Shown here: piece after piece, positions 43,845 through 59,869 of the stretch
How the letters are laid out: every line of letters starts with the position of its first letter
How positions within the stretch are numbered: position 1 is the stretch's first letter
NCBI GenBank assembly: GCA_002269645.1
Contig: NIVC01000391.1
Coordinates: forward strand, 1-64,000
Length of the DNA: 64,000 nt
Direction of reading: 5' to 3'
Origin: Macrostomum lignano
Taxonomy: Eukaryota
The notes under the pieces: generated by a model
The model's database searches: none
Told to the model about the DNA's origin: nothing
What the model saw: only the letters and a program-made list of their open reading frames with translations
Made by a program: the position numbers and the translations under genes

Positions 43845-44580
43845 TGTCAGCTGCTGTTTAGGCGTCAGGAGAGGCTGTTGTTGGGGCGTCACGAGAGGCT
43901 AGTGTTAGGGCGTCAGGAGAGGCTGTTGTTGGGGCGTCAGGAGAGGCTGTTTTTTGGATGTCAGGAGAGGCTGTTGTTAGGATGTCAGGAGAGGCTGCCG
44001 TTAGGATGTTAGGAGAGGCTGTTGTTGGGGCGTCAGAAGAGGCTCTTGTTGGGCTGTCAGGAGAAGCTGTTGTTGGGCTGTCAGGAGAAGCTGTTGTTAG
44101 GATGTCAGGAGAGGCTGATGTTTAGGCGTCAGGAGAGGCTGTTGTTGGGGCGTCACGAGAGGCTAGTGTTAGGGCGTCAGGAGAGGCTGTTGTTGGGGCG
44201 TCAGGAGAGGCTGTTTTTTGGATGTCAGGAGAGGCTGTTGTTAGGATGTCAGGAGAGGCTGTTGTTAGGATGTCAGGAGAGGCTGTTGTTAGGATGTCAG
44301 GAGAGGCTGTTGTTAGGATGCCAGGAGAGGCTGCCGTTAGGATGTTAGGAGAGGCTGTTGTTGGGGCGTCAGAAGAGGCTGTTGTTGGGCTGTCAGGAGA
44401 AGCTGTTGTTGGGGCGTCACGAGAGGCTAGTGTTAGGGCGTCAGGAGAGGCTGTTGTTGGGCTGTCAGGAGAAGCTGTTGTTAGGATGTCAGGAGAGGCT
44501 GTTATTGGAATGTCAGGAGAGGCTGATTGGGATGTCAGGAGAGGCTGTTATTGGAATGTCAAGAGAGGCTGTTGTTAGGG
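43845..44580. repeat. 24-bp minisatellite with a higher-order block duplication
   Basis: Unit GTCAGGAGAGGCTGTTGTTAGGAT; the variant block beginning TGTTTAGGCGTCAGG recurs about 265 bp later. Confidence 0.92.
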
Positions 44581-45084
44581 CTTTAAGAGTTTGTTCGTTA
44601 GAGGCCCGGCTGTGTGCACCCTGGAGCACTTTAAGCGACACTGTCCCATAAACCGGCGAGAGGCATTAAGTACTGCCCATTCCGCCGACTCCCCTGAGCA
44701 GGCACACAAGCGCGCGGACACGTACGTAGTCATACGTAGCGCAGTAAAGTGTCCCTAACTTAATTTATCGATAGCCATGTACACTTCACTGTGCCTTGGG
44801 GGGTTGGCCCTCAAGGCCGTTAATTGCAGAGCCAGAGCCGAGCCAAGCCGAGATTCCAATTTTTAGCCCCAAATTAATGCTACTGCACTTAAAATCGAGC
44901 TTAACTTTAAGCTGTCCCAGCGGTTGTACCGAAATTGAATCCACTCACGCAGGGCAAAATGTCGGCCAGGATTTCAGTTGCCGCCGTCTGCAGCTCCGTC
45001 AGACACAGCACCGTGTGGAGCCGGGAGAAGTCCTGCGGTGCAGGTTAGGGTTGGCCGAGGTTAACATTGTCCGAGGCTATCACT

Positions 45085-45920
45085 GATAGCATGGATTGCT
45101 AGTCTGGCTCTCTCTGACACAAGGATAGAATGGATTGCCAGTCTGTCACTGACACAAGGATAGAATGGATTGCCAGTCTGACTCTCACTGATACAAGGAT
45201 AGAATGGATTGCTAGTCTGACTCTCTCTGATACAAGGATAGAATGGATTGCTAGTCTGACTCTCACAAGATAGAATGGATTGCTAGTCTGACTCTCACAA
45301 GATAGCATGGATTGCTAGGCTGACTCTCACTGATACAAGGATAGAATGGATTGCTACGAGTAGTCTGACTCTCACAAGATAGAATGGATTGCTAGTCTGA
45401 CTCTCACTGATAGAATGGATTGCTAGTCTGACTCTCACTGATAGAATGGATTGCTAGTCTGACCCTCACTGATACAAGGATAGCATGGATTGCTAGTCTG
45501 ACTCTCACTGACACAAGGATAGAATGGATTGCTAGTCTGACTCTCACAAGATAGAATGGATTGCTAGTCTGACTCTCACAAGATAGCATGGATTGCTAGG
45601 CTGACTCTCACTAATACAAGGATAGAATGGATTGCTAGTCTGACTCTCACAAGATAGAATGGATTGCTAGTCTGACTCTCACAAGATAGCATGGATTGCT
45701 AGGCTGACTCTCACTAATACAAGGATAGAATGGATTGCTAGTCTGACTCTCACAAGATAGAATGGATTGCTAGTCTGACTCTCACAAGATAGAATGGATT
45801 GCTAGTCTGACTCTCACAAGATAGAATGGATTGCTAGTCTGACTCTCACAAGATAGAATGGATTGCTAGTCTGACTCTCACAAGATAGAATGGATTGCTA
45901 GTCTGGCTCTCAAAAGGATA
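45085..45920. repeat. ~32-bp minisatellite with length variants
   Basis: Unit GATAGAATGGATTGCTAGTCTGACTCTCACAA. Confidence 0.93.
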
Positions 45921-46295
45921 GAGACACTGATGCCTGCCAGTACTACAGTGAAGAGTTGGCTCACCCGGAGAGCTCTATCAAAAGACACCAAACCCTGATT
46001 GATGAGCTCTGAAGACTCAATGCCGCAGGCTCTGGTGATTCACTTAGCAGAAGAAAAGAATGAGAGGCAAGAAAATTCTAAGAAGACGCTTTTCACTTCC
46101 GACTTTGTACTGGTCAGTGTTGCGGTAGTCTAAAATTTTGTTTACGAAGCTTGCTCAAAAAAAGTACGAGTACCTACGGGTACTTGAAGTACATACAATA
46201 GAGATAAATAGCCAATAGCACTGCAGATTAAGGCTGCAAGGTTATCTAAAATAGCCATGCCTAAAAAATCTACAGAGATTTGCATGTATCGACCT

Positions 46296-46855
46296 GTGTT
46301 GAAGCTGTAAATAACAGGTATAAACCGTGTGTTAAAGCTGTGAATACCAGGTATAAACCCTGTGTTAAAGCTGTGAATAACAGGTATAAACCCTGTGTTA
46401 AAGCTGTGAATACCAGGTATAAACCCTGTGTTAGAGCTGTGAATACCAGGTATAAACCGTGTGTTAAAGCTGTGAATAACAGGTATAAACCCTGTGTTAA
46501 AGCTGTGAATAACAGGTATAAACCCTGTGTTAAAGCTGTGAATAACAGGTATAAACCCTGTGTTAAAGCTGTGAATACCAGGTATAAACCGTGTGTTAAA
46601 GCTGTGAATAACAGGTATAAACCCTGTGTTAAAGCTGTGAATAACAGGTATAAACCCTGTGTTAAAGCTGTGAATAACAGGTATAAACCGTGTGTTAAAG
46701 CTGTGAATAACAGGTATAAACCGTGTGTTAAAGCTGTGAATAACAGGTATAAACCCTGTGTTAAAGCTGTGAATAACAGGTATAGACCGTGTGTTAAAGC
46801 TGTGAATAACAGGTATAAAAAGTGTGTTAAAGCTGTGAATAACAGGTATAGACCT
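46296..46855. repeat. 33-bp minisatellite
   Basis: Unit AGGTATAAACCCTGTGTTAAAGCTGTGAATAAC. Confidence 0.95.
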
Positions 46856-47199
46856 TCGATAAGAAGTGTAATAACCCGGTGAAAAGCTACCCATGAAAAC
46901 CCGGTGTAAAACCGGCTTGAAAATGCCCTCACTCTCTCAGCCCACGCAAATCTCTTAATTGCAAAACCCAGGCAGGATTAGCATCGCCTGTGGCCCAGCC
47001 TGCGGATTTTCCTTTATCCGATCACTGAGAGAATCTGACATTCAAAATCCAAATAAATATAAATGCTGAACACAGAGCAGCTGACAGGGGCTGACTGCTC
47101 CCTCTTTCAAGTCCGAACCGGGACAGCTTGATCGAGCCGGCTGTCACGTGATCACGCGAACGGCCCGGGAAAGATGTGGATTCACTGACTGCAACCAGC

Positions 47200-49505
47200 A
47201 CTGCTCACTGATTGCACTACTCACTGATTGCACTGCTCACCGATTGCACTACTCACTAATTGCACTACTCACTGATTGCACTACTCACTGATTGCACTAC
47301 TCACTGATTGCACTACTGATACTGACTGATTGCACTGCTCACTGATTGCACTGCTCACTGATTGCACTGCTCACTGATTGCACTGCTCACTGATTGCACT
47401 GCTCACTGATTGCACTGCTCACTGATTGCACTACTCACTGATTGCACTACTCACTGATTGCACTACTCACTGATTGCACTACTCACTGATTGCACTACTC
47501 ACTGATTGCACTACTCACTGATTGCACTACTCACTGATTGCACTACTCACTGACCGCACTACTCACTAATTGCACTACTCACTGATTGCACTACTCACTG
47601 ATTGCACTGCTCACTGATTGCACTACTCACCGATTGCACTACTCACTGATTGCACTACTCACTGATTGCACTACTCACTGATTGCACTACTCACTGATTG
47701 CACTACTCACTGATTGCACTACTCACTGATTGCACTGCTCACTGATTGCACTACTCACTGATTGCACTACTCACTGATTGCACTACTCACTGATTGCACT
47801 ACTCACTGATTGCACTACTCACTGATTGCACTGCTCACTGATTGCACCACTCACTGATTGCACTACTCACTGATTGCACTACTCACTGATTGCACTACTC
47901 ACTGATTGCACTACTCACTGATTGCACTACTGATACTGACTGATTGCACTGCTCACTGATTGCACTGCTCACTGATTGCACTGCTCACTGATTGCACTGC
48001 TCACTGATTGCACTGCTCACTGATTGCACTGCTCACTGATTGCACTACTCACTGATTGCACTACTCACTGATTGCACTACTCACTGATTGCACTACTCAC
48101 TGATTGCACTACTCACTGATTGCACTACTCACTGATTGCACTACTCACTGATTGCACTACTCACTGACCGCACTACTCACTGATTGCACTACTCACTGAT
48201 TGCACTGCTCACTGATTGCACTGCTCACTGATTTCACTGCTCACTGATTGCACTACTCACTGATTGCACTACTCACTGATTGCACTACTCACTGATTGCA
48301 CTACTCACTGATTGCACTGCTCACTGATTGCACTGCTCACTGATTGCACTACTCACTGATTGCACTACTCACCGATTGCACTACTCACTGATTGCACTGC
48401 TCACTGATTGCACTACTCACTGATATTAAAACCAGTACTACTCACCGATTGCACTACTCACTGATTGCACTACTCACTGATTGCACTACTCACTGATATT
48501 AAAACCAGTACTACTCACTGATAATGCAACCAGCACTGCTCACTGATTGCAACCAGCACTGCTCACTGATATTGCAACCAACACTGCTCACTGATACTGC
48601 AACCAGCACTGCTCACTGATTGCAACCAGCACTGCTCACTGATATTGCAACCAGCACTGCTCACTGATTGCACTGCTCACTGATTGCACTGCTCACTGAT
48701 TGCACTACTCACTGATTGCACTACTCACTGACCGCACTACTCACTGATTTCACTACTCACTGATTGCACTACTCACTGATTGCACTACTCACTGATTGCA
48801 CTACTCACTGATTGCACTACACACTGATTTCACTACTCACTGATTGCACTGCTCACTGATTGCACTACTCACTGATTGCACTGCTCACTGATTGCACTGC
48901 TCACTGATTGCACTACTCACTGATTGCACTACACACTGATTGCATTGCTCACTGATTTCACTGCTCAGTGATTGCACTACTCACTGATTGCACTACTGAT
49001 ACTGACTGATTGCACTGCTCACTGATTGCACTACTCACTGATTGCACTACTCACTGATATTAAAACCAGTACTACTCACTGATAATGCAACCAGCACTGC
49101 TCACTGATTGCAACCAGCACTGCTCACTGATATTGCAACCAACACTGCTCACTGATACTGCAACCAGCACTGCTCACTGATATTGCAACCAACACTGCTC
49201 ACTGATACTGCAACCAGCACTGCTCACTGATATTGCAACCAGCACTGCTCACTGATATTGCAACCAGCACTGCTCACTGATATTGCAACCAGCACTGCTC
49301 ACTGATATTCCAACCAGCACTACTCACTGATATTGCAACCAGCACTGCTCACTGATATTCCAACTAGCACTACTCACTGATATTGCAACCAGCACTGCTC
49401 ACTGACTGCAACCAGCACTACTCACTGATATTGCAACCAGCACTGCTCACTGACTGCAACCAGCACTACTCACTGATATTGCAACCAGCACTACTCACTG
49501 ATATT
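47200..49505. repeat. 16-bp minisatellite (2.3 kb) with a ~25-bp derivative domain
   Basis: Unit CTCACTGATTGCACTA/G; right part CTCACTGATATTGCAACCAGCACTG. Confidence 0.96.
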
Positions 49506-50032
49506 CCAAGCAGCACCAGTCGCTCAACTACTTGCAAAACAAACTTTTTTGCGGTTTCTTAACCCCGAATCATCCCCATGGCAACCAGCCTGACAACCTG
49601 CCAATCTGGCTGACGACTCCACCGGTCCGCCGGGCCCAAACCGCTCAGGGCTGCCAGCAGGCGGCGCAGAGACGAGGCGAGCCGAGCCGCTGACTGCATT
49701 GCAATTTCTGAAGAATTGCTCTGCAATTGAGCTGGTTCCACTAGAAGACGAAATGCATGGAATCGCTGGATGCAACTGCCAGAAAGCCAACTGAGTAACC
49801 TATCAAAGCGGTCTGTAGAAGAGAGCCGCAAAGCAGGGGAAAAAGAGATATCGTCTTTTTCAGGCAAAATACAATTTGCCGCTCGGCCACCCACAGGAGA
49901 GAATTTGACGCTGCTTTCTCGCTGTGAGTTGGCCTGAGTTTCCCTGCCAGCCAAGCAGAGCAGCCCAATTTCTGCAACACAGATCGATTTCTCTGGTCAG
50001 CGACTGGCCTCGCCTTGGATAAGGGGTTTCCA

Positions 50033-50526
<494 letters not shown>

Positions 50527-51339
50527 ATCACTGGTACATGTACTCGTATAAGGACCATGTATTTTTATCCGCAGGTGGTTTAGGCCACCGCGGACCCAGC
50601 CGCAGAGTTTCAAGCAACGCTGTGTGGATGGAGTCGCGGGATAGAAAGAATCTGTCGTGAAAAGGGGAAGCGAAATTGGCAGCGAAGGAGGACCCGCGGA
50701 GAGCTCCCGCCAACGGGGAAGGGAGGGAAGATTCAGAATGATTTCAAGGAGGATTCAAGAACGGAAGGAAGTCGCAGGAGAGGCCGACAGAGCTCCCAAC
50801 TGCATGGCCTGTCCTGGCGCCGCCGAGATGGTCAAGTCGGAGACGGCGCGGTCCAAAGTCGGAAGAAGTTTCAGAGACTGGAGAGGAGCTCCTGTGAGTG
50901 ACTCGCCCGGGCAGCCACACTTAGGACAGCCCCCCCTTAGATACGCTAAATTCATTATTGGCCTCCACCCCCCCCCCCCACTCCCGGCAAAGGCTTTTCC
51001 CGGGCCCGCGGACTCAGCCGGGCGGCCTCTCGGAGCGAGAAGGAAGCTGGAATAATGAGCCGCGGTCTCGGGATGAGGAGCAGCGGGGTGATGGATCTGG
51101 AGATTCAGAAAGACCGGGGCCGAGGCGAGATAAACTGAATTATTTCGGGTCGCCGCGGGACCGCCGGGGGTCGCTTTCACCAATTCTGAGCTTCGGCCTC
51201 CCCCCTCTGTGCTCGGCCAATTGGCCCGACTAATTATAGAATTGTTAAAACTCGACTGAGATTTCGGATTAGTACGCAGTTCGGGAGGGGGGACAGTGAA
51301 ATCTCGAACTTCTGCAGTCGATCTCAGGTCTCGGGCAAC

Positions 51340-51775
51340 TCTACTGGCAATAGCGCGCAACTCCACTGGCACTAGCACGCAACTCCACTAGCAATAGCGC
51401 GCAACTCTACTGGCACTAGCGCGCAACTCCACTGGCAATGGCGCGCAACTCCACTGGCACTAGCGCGCAACTCCACTGGCACTAGCGCGCAACTCCACTG
51501 GCAATGGCGCGCAACTCCACTGGCACTAGCGCGCAACTCCACTGGCACTAGCGCGCAACTCCACTGGCACTAGCGCGCAACTCCACTGGCACTAGCGCGC
51601 AACTCCACTGGCACTAGCGCGCAACTCCACTGGCACTAGCGCGCAACTCCACTGGCACTAGCGCGCAACTCCACTGGCACTAGCGCGCAACTCCACTGGC
51701 ACTAGCGCGCAACTCCACTGGCACTAGCGCGCAACTCCACTGGCACTAGCGCGCAACTCCACTAGCAATGGCGCG
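51340..51775. repeat. 22-bp minisatellite
   Basis: Unit GCGCGCAACTCCACTGGCACTA. Confidence 0.95.
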
Positions 51776-52705
51776 CCTGGCTGGTATATAAGACGCAGAA
51801 TTGCCTTCTGACCCATGTTTTTATAGCTTGATATTCTTGGTATTAGAAAGTGGACTTGACAACTAATCTTCACCTGCTGCACATACCCTAGCAATGCAGC
51901 TGGGTCCCTTAACCTGACCCGAAGCACGCTGACGAGACCGTCACAGAAATGCTTTTTGATCCCCCCCGCCCGCTGTGCACCCACGGCACAATCCAGCGTG
52001 CTGCCTCCTCCCCCATCCGAACTCGAAGTAGAACTTCTTCCTACGGAATGCCTTCTTCGCTCAGCTACTTGGCAAACGCGGCCAGACTCACACCGGATTA
52101 AATCCCCTAATCCATTGACAGACCCACCCCCCCCCATCCGAGACCGCGCGACTGCATGGCTGAGCTGAGCTACTCCTCACTGTGACTTGCTTGTATCATC
52201 ATCCCCGGGAGTCCTCTCAGGCGGAGCATATGATTTTCTTTTTATGTCGCCGGGGCAAGGAGGGAACAGGGAGAGACAGAGATGGGGAGTCAGGCAGGGA
52301 CTTTTGTTGCTGTCTTCTCCTACGCATCACTTTTAGAGTCAGCCCGGGGCCCCAAGCCGTGTATGTCCCGCATCCCGCCCCTGCGGCCAGTGGGGAGTCA
52401 GAGGCGGCTGTGGCTACTCGTCTCTGCCTCACTTCTGCTTGCGTCAAAGGCGAAGCAATACGAAAGCACGGCGGGGCGCGAGCGGGCGCAGGGGGGGGGG
52501 ATGGCCAGGGAGGGGAGCGAGACAGCTGAGATAGTTCGCTGTCCCCCCAGTTACTCGGGAATAGAGCTATAGTAGGCATAGTGAGCATGCGGAGATGCCC
52601 GCTAGTGCCAATGAGGGTCTGGGATTTCAGTTCGAGCTGAGACATACCAGCGCGAGTAGCCATGGGAGAGGAGTGGCGGCCTCTTCTACTGACTTCGAGG
52701 CATAA

Positions 52706-53905
<1,200 letters not shown>

Positions 53906-54375
53906 TGAAGTCAGCCCCGAAAGCAGTCTCGCAGTCGCGCGCGTACTGGGCGCCCGCATCCTGGGGGTAGGGGGCAGGCGCGGCCGAGCGGAATGTTTAG
54001 GGGGGGGGGGGGAGCAGAAGATGCCTAGGTGGGCGGGGAGAAGTGGAAACAGTTTTTAGAGAACAGGCGTCCCAGCCTGCCCCACTCGAAAGTCGCGAGC
54101 CGTCCCTGGACCGCTGCTAGCAATAGCTACACTGAATACGTGTCACCCTTCACTCTCTCACTGTTCAGAGAATATATTTTTTACTCAACGAGTGCCTTTC
54201 GAATGTGAGTAGTCACCATTTGAGGATAGATTGAGGCGCAGATTTAAGTCTGTGCAATATATACGGTTTAGAATATTCTGAATATTCAAAGGAGATTTGA
54301 AGAAAATCGGTTGAGCCGTTTTTTTCTGAAATTGATCACATCCCTAGATAGATACCTACCTACCGACAAACCATT

Positions 54376-54738
54376 TTTACTATATATTATAGTAATATAA
54401 TATAGATTTTACTATATATTATAGTAATATAATATAGATTTTACTATATATTATAGTAATATAATATAGATTTTACTATATATTATAGTAATATAATATA
54501 GATTTTACTATATATTATAGTAATATAATATAGATTTTACTATATATTATAGTAATATAATATAGATTTTACTATATATTATAGTAATATAATATAGATT
54601 TTACTATATATTATAGTAATATAATATAGATTTTACTATATATTATAGTAATATAATATAGATTTTACTATATATTATAGTAATATAATATAGATTTTAC
54701 TATATATTATAGTAATATAATATAGATTTTACTATATT
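54376..54738. repeat. AT-rich 33-bp minisatellite (~11 copies)
   Basis: Unit TTTACTATATATTATAGTAATATAATATAGATT. Confidence 0.95.
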
Positions 54739-54769
54739 TTAGATACTAGAATATTCAGATGAGATGAAA

Positions 54770-55335
54770 GGAGGAGACAGAGGAGATAAAGGGAGAAGAC
54801 AGATGGGATGAAGGGAGGAGACAGATGGAATGAATGGAGGAGACAGATGGGATGAAGGGAGGAGACAGATGAGTTGAAGGGAGGAGACAGAGGAGATGAA
54901 GGGAGGAGACAGAGGAGGTGAAGGGAGGAGACAGATGAGTTGAAGGGAGGAGACAGAGGAGATGAAGGGAGGAGACAGAGGAGGTGAAGGAAGGAGATAG
55001 AGGAGATGAAGGAAGGAGACAGATGAGATAAAGGGAGGAGACAGATGTGATGAAGGGAGGATACAGGAAATAAAGGGAGGAGACAGATGTGATGAAGGGA
55101 GGAGACAGATGTGATGAAGGGAGGATACAGGAAATAAAGGGAGGAGACAGATGTGATGAAGGGAGGAGACAGAGGAGATGAAGGGAGGAGACAGAGGAAA
55201 TAAAGGGAGGATACAGATTTGATGAAGGGAGGAGACAGAGAAGTTGAAGGGGGTGTTGAAGGGAGTGGAGATGAAGTGGAGATGAAAGGAGTGGAGGTGA
55301 AGTGAAGATGAAGGGAGTGGAGATGAAGGGAGGAT
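54770..55335. repeat. Purine-rich ~22-bp degenerate minisatellite
   Basis: Unit GAAGGGAGGAGACAGA(TGAGAT/GGAGAT). Confidence 0.88.
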
Positions 55336-55525
55336 GTTTAGCGGAGGCAGATGCAGGGACGGTTTCTATTCAGATCTATTCCAATAAATTTTTGTCCTCG
55401 CACTGCTCCTTGATCATCAAACCCCCAATTTTGCCTAACGCGTGTCATAAATGACTCAAAAAAACAATCACAGCAGCAAATCGTCATTGACCAAGTAGGA
55501 TTACTGACTGGCCTGCCCTACTCAC

Positions 55526-55630
55526 ATTGGTCGCAGGCTGCTGAGAACCCACGTGAGGAAGCGGCTGCTGCTGGTACTTGCTGTTTCCATTCCTGCGGCG
55601 CCGGACAAGCCCGCAACAAGCCGCAGCCAT
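55526..55630 (-). CDS. Candidate first coding exon (MAAACCGLVRRRRNGNSKYQQQPLPHVGSQQPATN), possibly the N-terminus of the PDE2 gene
   Basis: ATG, 35 open codons, strong phase-0 donor AAT|GTGAGT, upstream acceptor-like TTGTAG, same strand as PDE2; link to PDE2 not demonstrated. Confidence 0.3.
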
Positions 55631-56815
55631 CTCTGCCGAGGCTGCAGCAGCTTCCACTGCTGGCTACAATACACTACTGTCTGTTCTGCTGTAAAGTAGC
55701 TGGCAGCAGCAAGGCTACTCGATAGAGTTTAGAGCCGAATCGGGCAAATGGAAGGACCAAGAAGGAAACAAACAGAATAATTAGAGAAGAAGCAAAATAG
55801 ATGCTCTCCTGCGCTTCCTGCCGTCAAATGCGATCGCCCGCGCGCCTTTCACTGCAGCTCGGCGTGCACGCCTTTGGGGGGTGGGGGTTCCAAAATCCCC
55901 GGCGTTATAGCTCTGCCTGCCCTTCGCCCTGCGCCACACACCCACCCCCTCCGCGTTACACGCCACCCTTTCGCGTCGCCCCTTGTTGGCTAGACCTGGG
56001 GGGGGAGCTTTGCACTCTGCATCGGAGAGGGGTGGCGGCGCGGTAGAGGGGTGGTTGGGCGACGCCCACCCCCCGCCCCAAGTCTGTCCTGCCTGCCCCA
56101 ACCCCCCTCCAGAGCAGATGTGCTGCAATGGAGCGATAAAGCCTAAGAGCTGTCATAGGATGAGACCGTTGAGGTCTGGCTGCTGCTATTTCTTCTATTT
56201 TTTAAGACCCCGGCTCTTAGCGCTCTCTCTCTGCGTCTAATTCTCTGTCTATCGGATTTATGCAGCAATCCAGTGCCAAACTGTTTTGTTTAACAATTTT
56301 TTTGGAGCGAGACCAAGCCATCCACCCCTAAAACTATGCCCTGTTTACAACAAAAACACCAGGGGTGAAGCGAGAGAAATGGAATAAAGAGGACTTTGCT
56401 GCAGAATTTTGCTGCGCTTCATCTCGCTTTCTTGCTTTTTGTTTGGCCTGAAAACCGTTGGAGCGACACTCGCCGCTCTAAACTCGTGCAGTCCGAGTCC
56501 GACCTATGGGCACCCCACCTATCTTCCTATACCTATAAGCTGCTTGTTTTGTGAAGAGAATAGCGTTTGTCCTCAGTGTTTGCCTGACTGGTCCAAGTCT
56601 CATAAACTGATCTCTGCTATCTTATTTTAGTTGGAGTTCGGTGCAGTGCGGTTCTCACTGTTTTTGTACCCACACTGTGCCCAGAGTACATTTACGATGA
56701 AATTAAAATGTTTCTTTTCAAAATGGTGTGTTTGCAAAAGATTTATTATGAACCCCATCAGACGTGGCGCAAATGTAGGTCGGCACAATTATGTCACTGT
56801 GTAGATGATAGATAC

Positions 56816-57410
<595 letters not shown>

Positions 57411-58366
57411 ACAGAAAAATAGATTTTCATGAGTTTTCTGCCAACATTAAAGTACTTGTACTTTTAAATAACGAAACAGAGAGAAAATCATGCACTGTCA
57501 TAAAATTCTTTCTAACCTCGTTTTCCTACTTGTAGTAGCAACCAACATACTTATGATACTGAAAAAGAAGAAACTGAAAAATGTGGAAATCCGGACGAAA
57601 ATTGATTTAGAAATCGAGCTCCAGTGCAGGTGCATGAAAAGACTGCTTAGTTAGGACTCATAAAGGATGACAAACAGACCAGTGAATCCGAACTCACAGT
57701 GAAATTGCTTCTCAATGATTCTTCGAGCTCGAATTTTCCGCGTTTCTTGGCCGACTTGGCAGATTCCGCTGATCGCTTCATTACTAGCCGGCCAGCTGTC
57801 AGTCAGTTGTTGGCTCGCACCAGCTAAATACTTTATGACTATTGTATGACTTTATACCGACTGCAGATTAAGCGGCGGATTAAAGCGGAGAGGCGCAAAG
57901 CTGAAAACAGACCAAGCTGTGGGGGTGATATTCAATTGGATCGAATAGCAGTGTTCCTACGGCAATGAAAATATGCTAATGACTGGCTGGAAACTCGCTG
58001 CAGATACCCCCCCCCCTCTCTCTCTCTCTCTCTCTAGCTTCCAGCAGTTTTTCGATCAGATAAGACAGGCAAGACAGTTGGGCAAGCAGAAGCAGATTTT
58101 AAGGCAGGCGGCTACGTGACGAAGAGCTCATATATTTAGAGGTGCACGGAGCGTACGTATGGTTATGTAGCGACTGCCAAGGCTGCTGCTCAGCATGAAG
58201 GAAGTCAGTAAACGCAACAGGTGACGCATATTTCAATGTTGATACTGACGCACAGGCTGAGATACTGACAGCCAAAATAGTTACTTATCTTTAATGCGTA
58301 CAAATCTTGTGACTGACTGCTCAGTTGACTAGCGGGCACAAATCTTTTTGTGGTCTTGATTGGAGC

Positions 58367-59254
58367 TAGGGGTGTTCGGGGTTCGGGGTCGGGTCGGGTT
58401 TCCGGTCGGGTTTTGGTACCGGGTTCGGGTTCGGGGTAGGGTGTTCGGGTTTTCGGGTCGGGTTTAGGTTTGGGTTTTCGGGGTTTTAGGGTTCAAAGGA
58501 AAAATAAACTTTAGCTATTTTAAAAATAAATTTCTAATGTCGTTATGTAACGCTTTTAAGTATAAAAAGGCGAATATTTCAACTTCGAAAAACCGAAATT
58601 AATGAATGAATTTAAGTTTTCAATTACAAATGTAGGGTTCTACGGATGAAATCTACAATATAAATCTAACTATAACTATTAATCATAAAAAAACATAATT
58701 ATGCTTCCAGAATTCTAGCCAATTAGTTGTAGTCCTACACCGAGGGTTGTGGCTTGTAGGCCCCCTTTTCTGTTTTCTGTTTTCTGTTTTTGCGGAACAT
58801 GCAGAAGTTTTTTTCACATTAAAAATTTAAGGCTGTTCAACCTTTATTTTTCAATTCTTCATTAGGCTACCACTCGAATGTTGCGCTAACAATGACAACT
58901 TAAACCCAAGTTGGCAAACAGTTGGATAAGTGGATGTTAAAGTCAATGCTAAGATCTTAAGAATGAGGAGTCAAATTATAGGGAGGAGAGAAGTGAAGAC
59001 TTTGCTAGCTGATGACTAGAAATAGGAGTTCAGGAGCCAGGACTGCAAATGAGAACGAGAAGTAGACTACTAGAGGTACTTCAGGACGAGTGCTCTCTTG
59101 GAAAAAAGATATCATCACGGAAAGCCTGAGATGAAGCGTTCTCCTTTCAGGGAAATTTCCGGGTCGGGTCGGGTCGGGTTTCGGGTTCGGGGTCAGTGTT
59201 TCGGGTTCAGGGTTTATCCCGAACCCGGAAAAAATGGAAACCCGAACACCCCTA
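58367..59254. mobile_element. Non-autonomous hAT-like DNA transposon (888 bp)
   Basis: 14-bp perfect TIR TAGGGGTGTTCGGG / CCCGAACACCCCTA; 8-bp flanking duplication ATTGGAGC / ATTCGAGC (1 mismatch); subterminal CGGGT(T/C) repeats at both ends; no transposase ORF. Confidence 0.8.
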
Positions 59255-59264
59255 ATTCGAGCTA

Positions 59265-59835
59265 TAATTGGGTTTTGATTGGAGCTACAATGAAGTCTTG
59301 ATTATCACTACAATGGGGTCTTGATTAGCGCTACAATGGGGTCTTGATTAGCGCTACAATGGGGTCTTGATTAGCGCTACAATGGGGTCTTGATTATCAC
59401 TACAATGGGGTCTTGATTAGCGCTACAATGGGGTCTTGATTAGCGCTACAATGGGGTCTTGATTATCACTACAATGGGGTCTTGATTAGCGCTACAATGG
59501 GGTCTTGATTAGCGCTACAATGGGGTCTTGATTATCACTACAATGGGGTCTTGATTAGCGCTACAATGGGGTCTTGATTAGCGCTACAATGGGGTCTTGA
59601 TTATCACTACAATAGGGTCTTGATTAGCGCTACAATGGGGTCTTGGTTATCACTACAATGGGGTCTTGATTAGCGCTACAATGGGGTCTTGATTATCACT
59701 ACAATGGGGTCTTGATTAGCGCTACAATAGGGTCTTGATTATCACTACAATGGGGTCTTGATTAGCGCTACAATGGGGTCTTGATTGGAGCTACAATGGG
59801 GTCTTGATTGGAGCTACAATGGGGTCTTGATTGTC
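59265..59835. repeat. 23-bp minisatellite
   Basis: Unit CAATGGGGTCTTGATTAGCGCTA with TATCACTA variant. Confidence 0.94.
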
Positions 59836-59869
59836 GCTAAAATGAGATCATTAGTGATGCTAGCAACAA

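Noticed and set aside
42073-46932. Long periodic ORFs over the 28-, 24- and 33-bp arrays (also 3868-4518, 19166-20308, 27298-27966, 31242-31855, 33911-34617, 37807-38523)
   Set aside because: Open in several frames and on both strands with period equal to the DNA unit; several lie inside defined introns.
47200-49505. CRISPR-like appearance of repeats with variable inserts (also the GGTCATA regions)
   Set aside because: The variable parts are themselves repeated variants, not unique spacers; eukaryotic context with no cas genes.
52337-52449. RLCLTSACVKG, resembling the first Cys motif of M13 (neprilysin-like) peptidases, after a TTTTAG acceptor
   Set aside because: Single short motif, no GT donor at the expected place and no other M13 exon found in the window.
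59005-59025. CTGATGA...GAAA hammerhead-like core
   Set aside because: Only 3 nt between the motifs, so no stem II; flanking stems not found.
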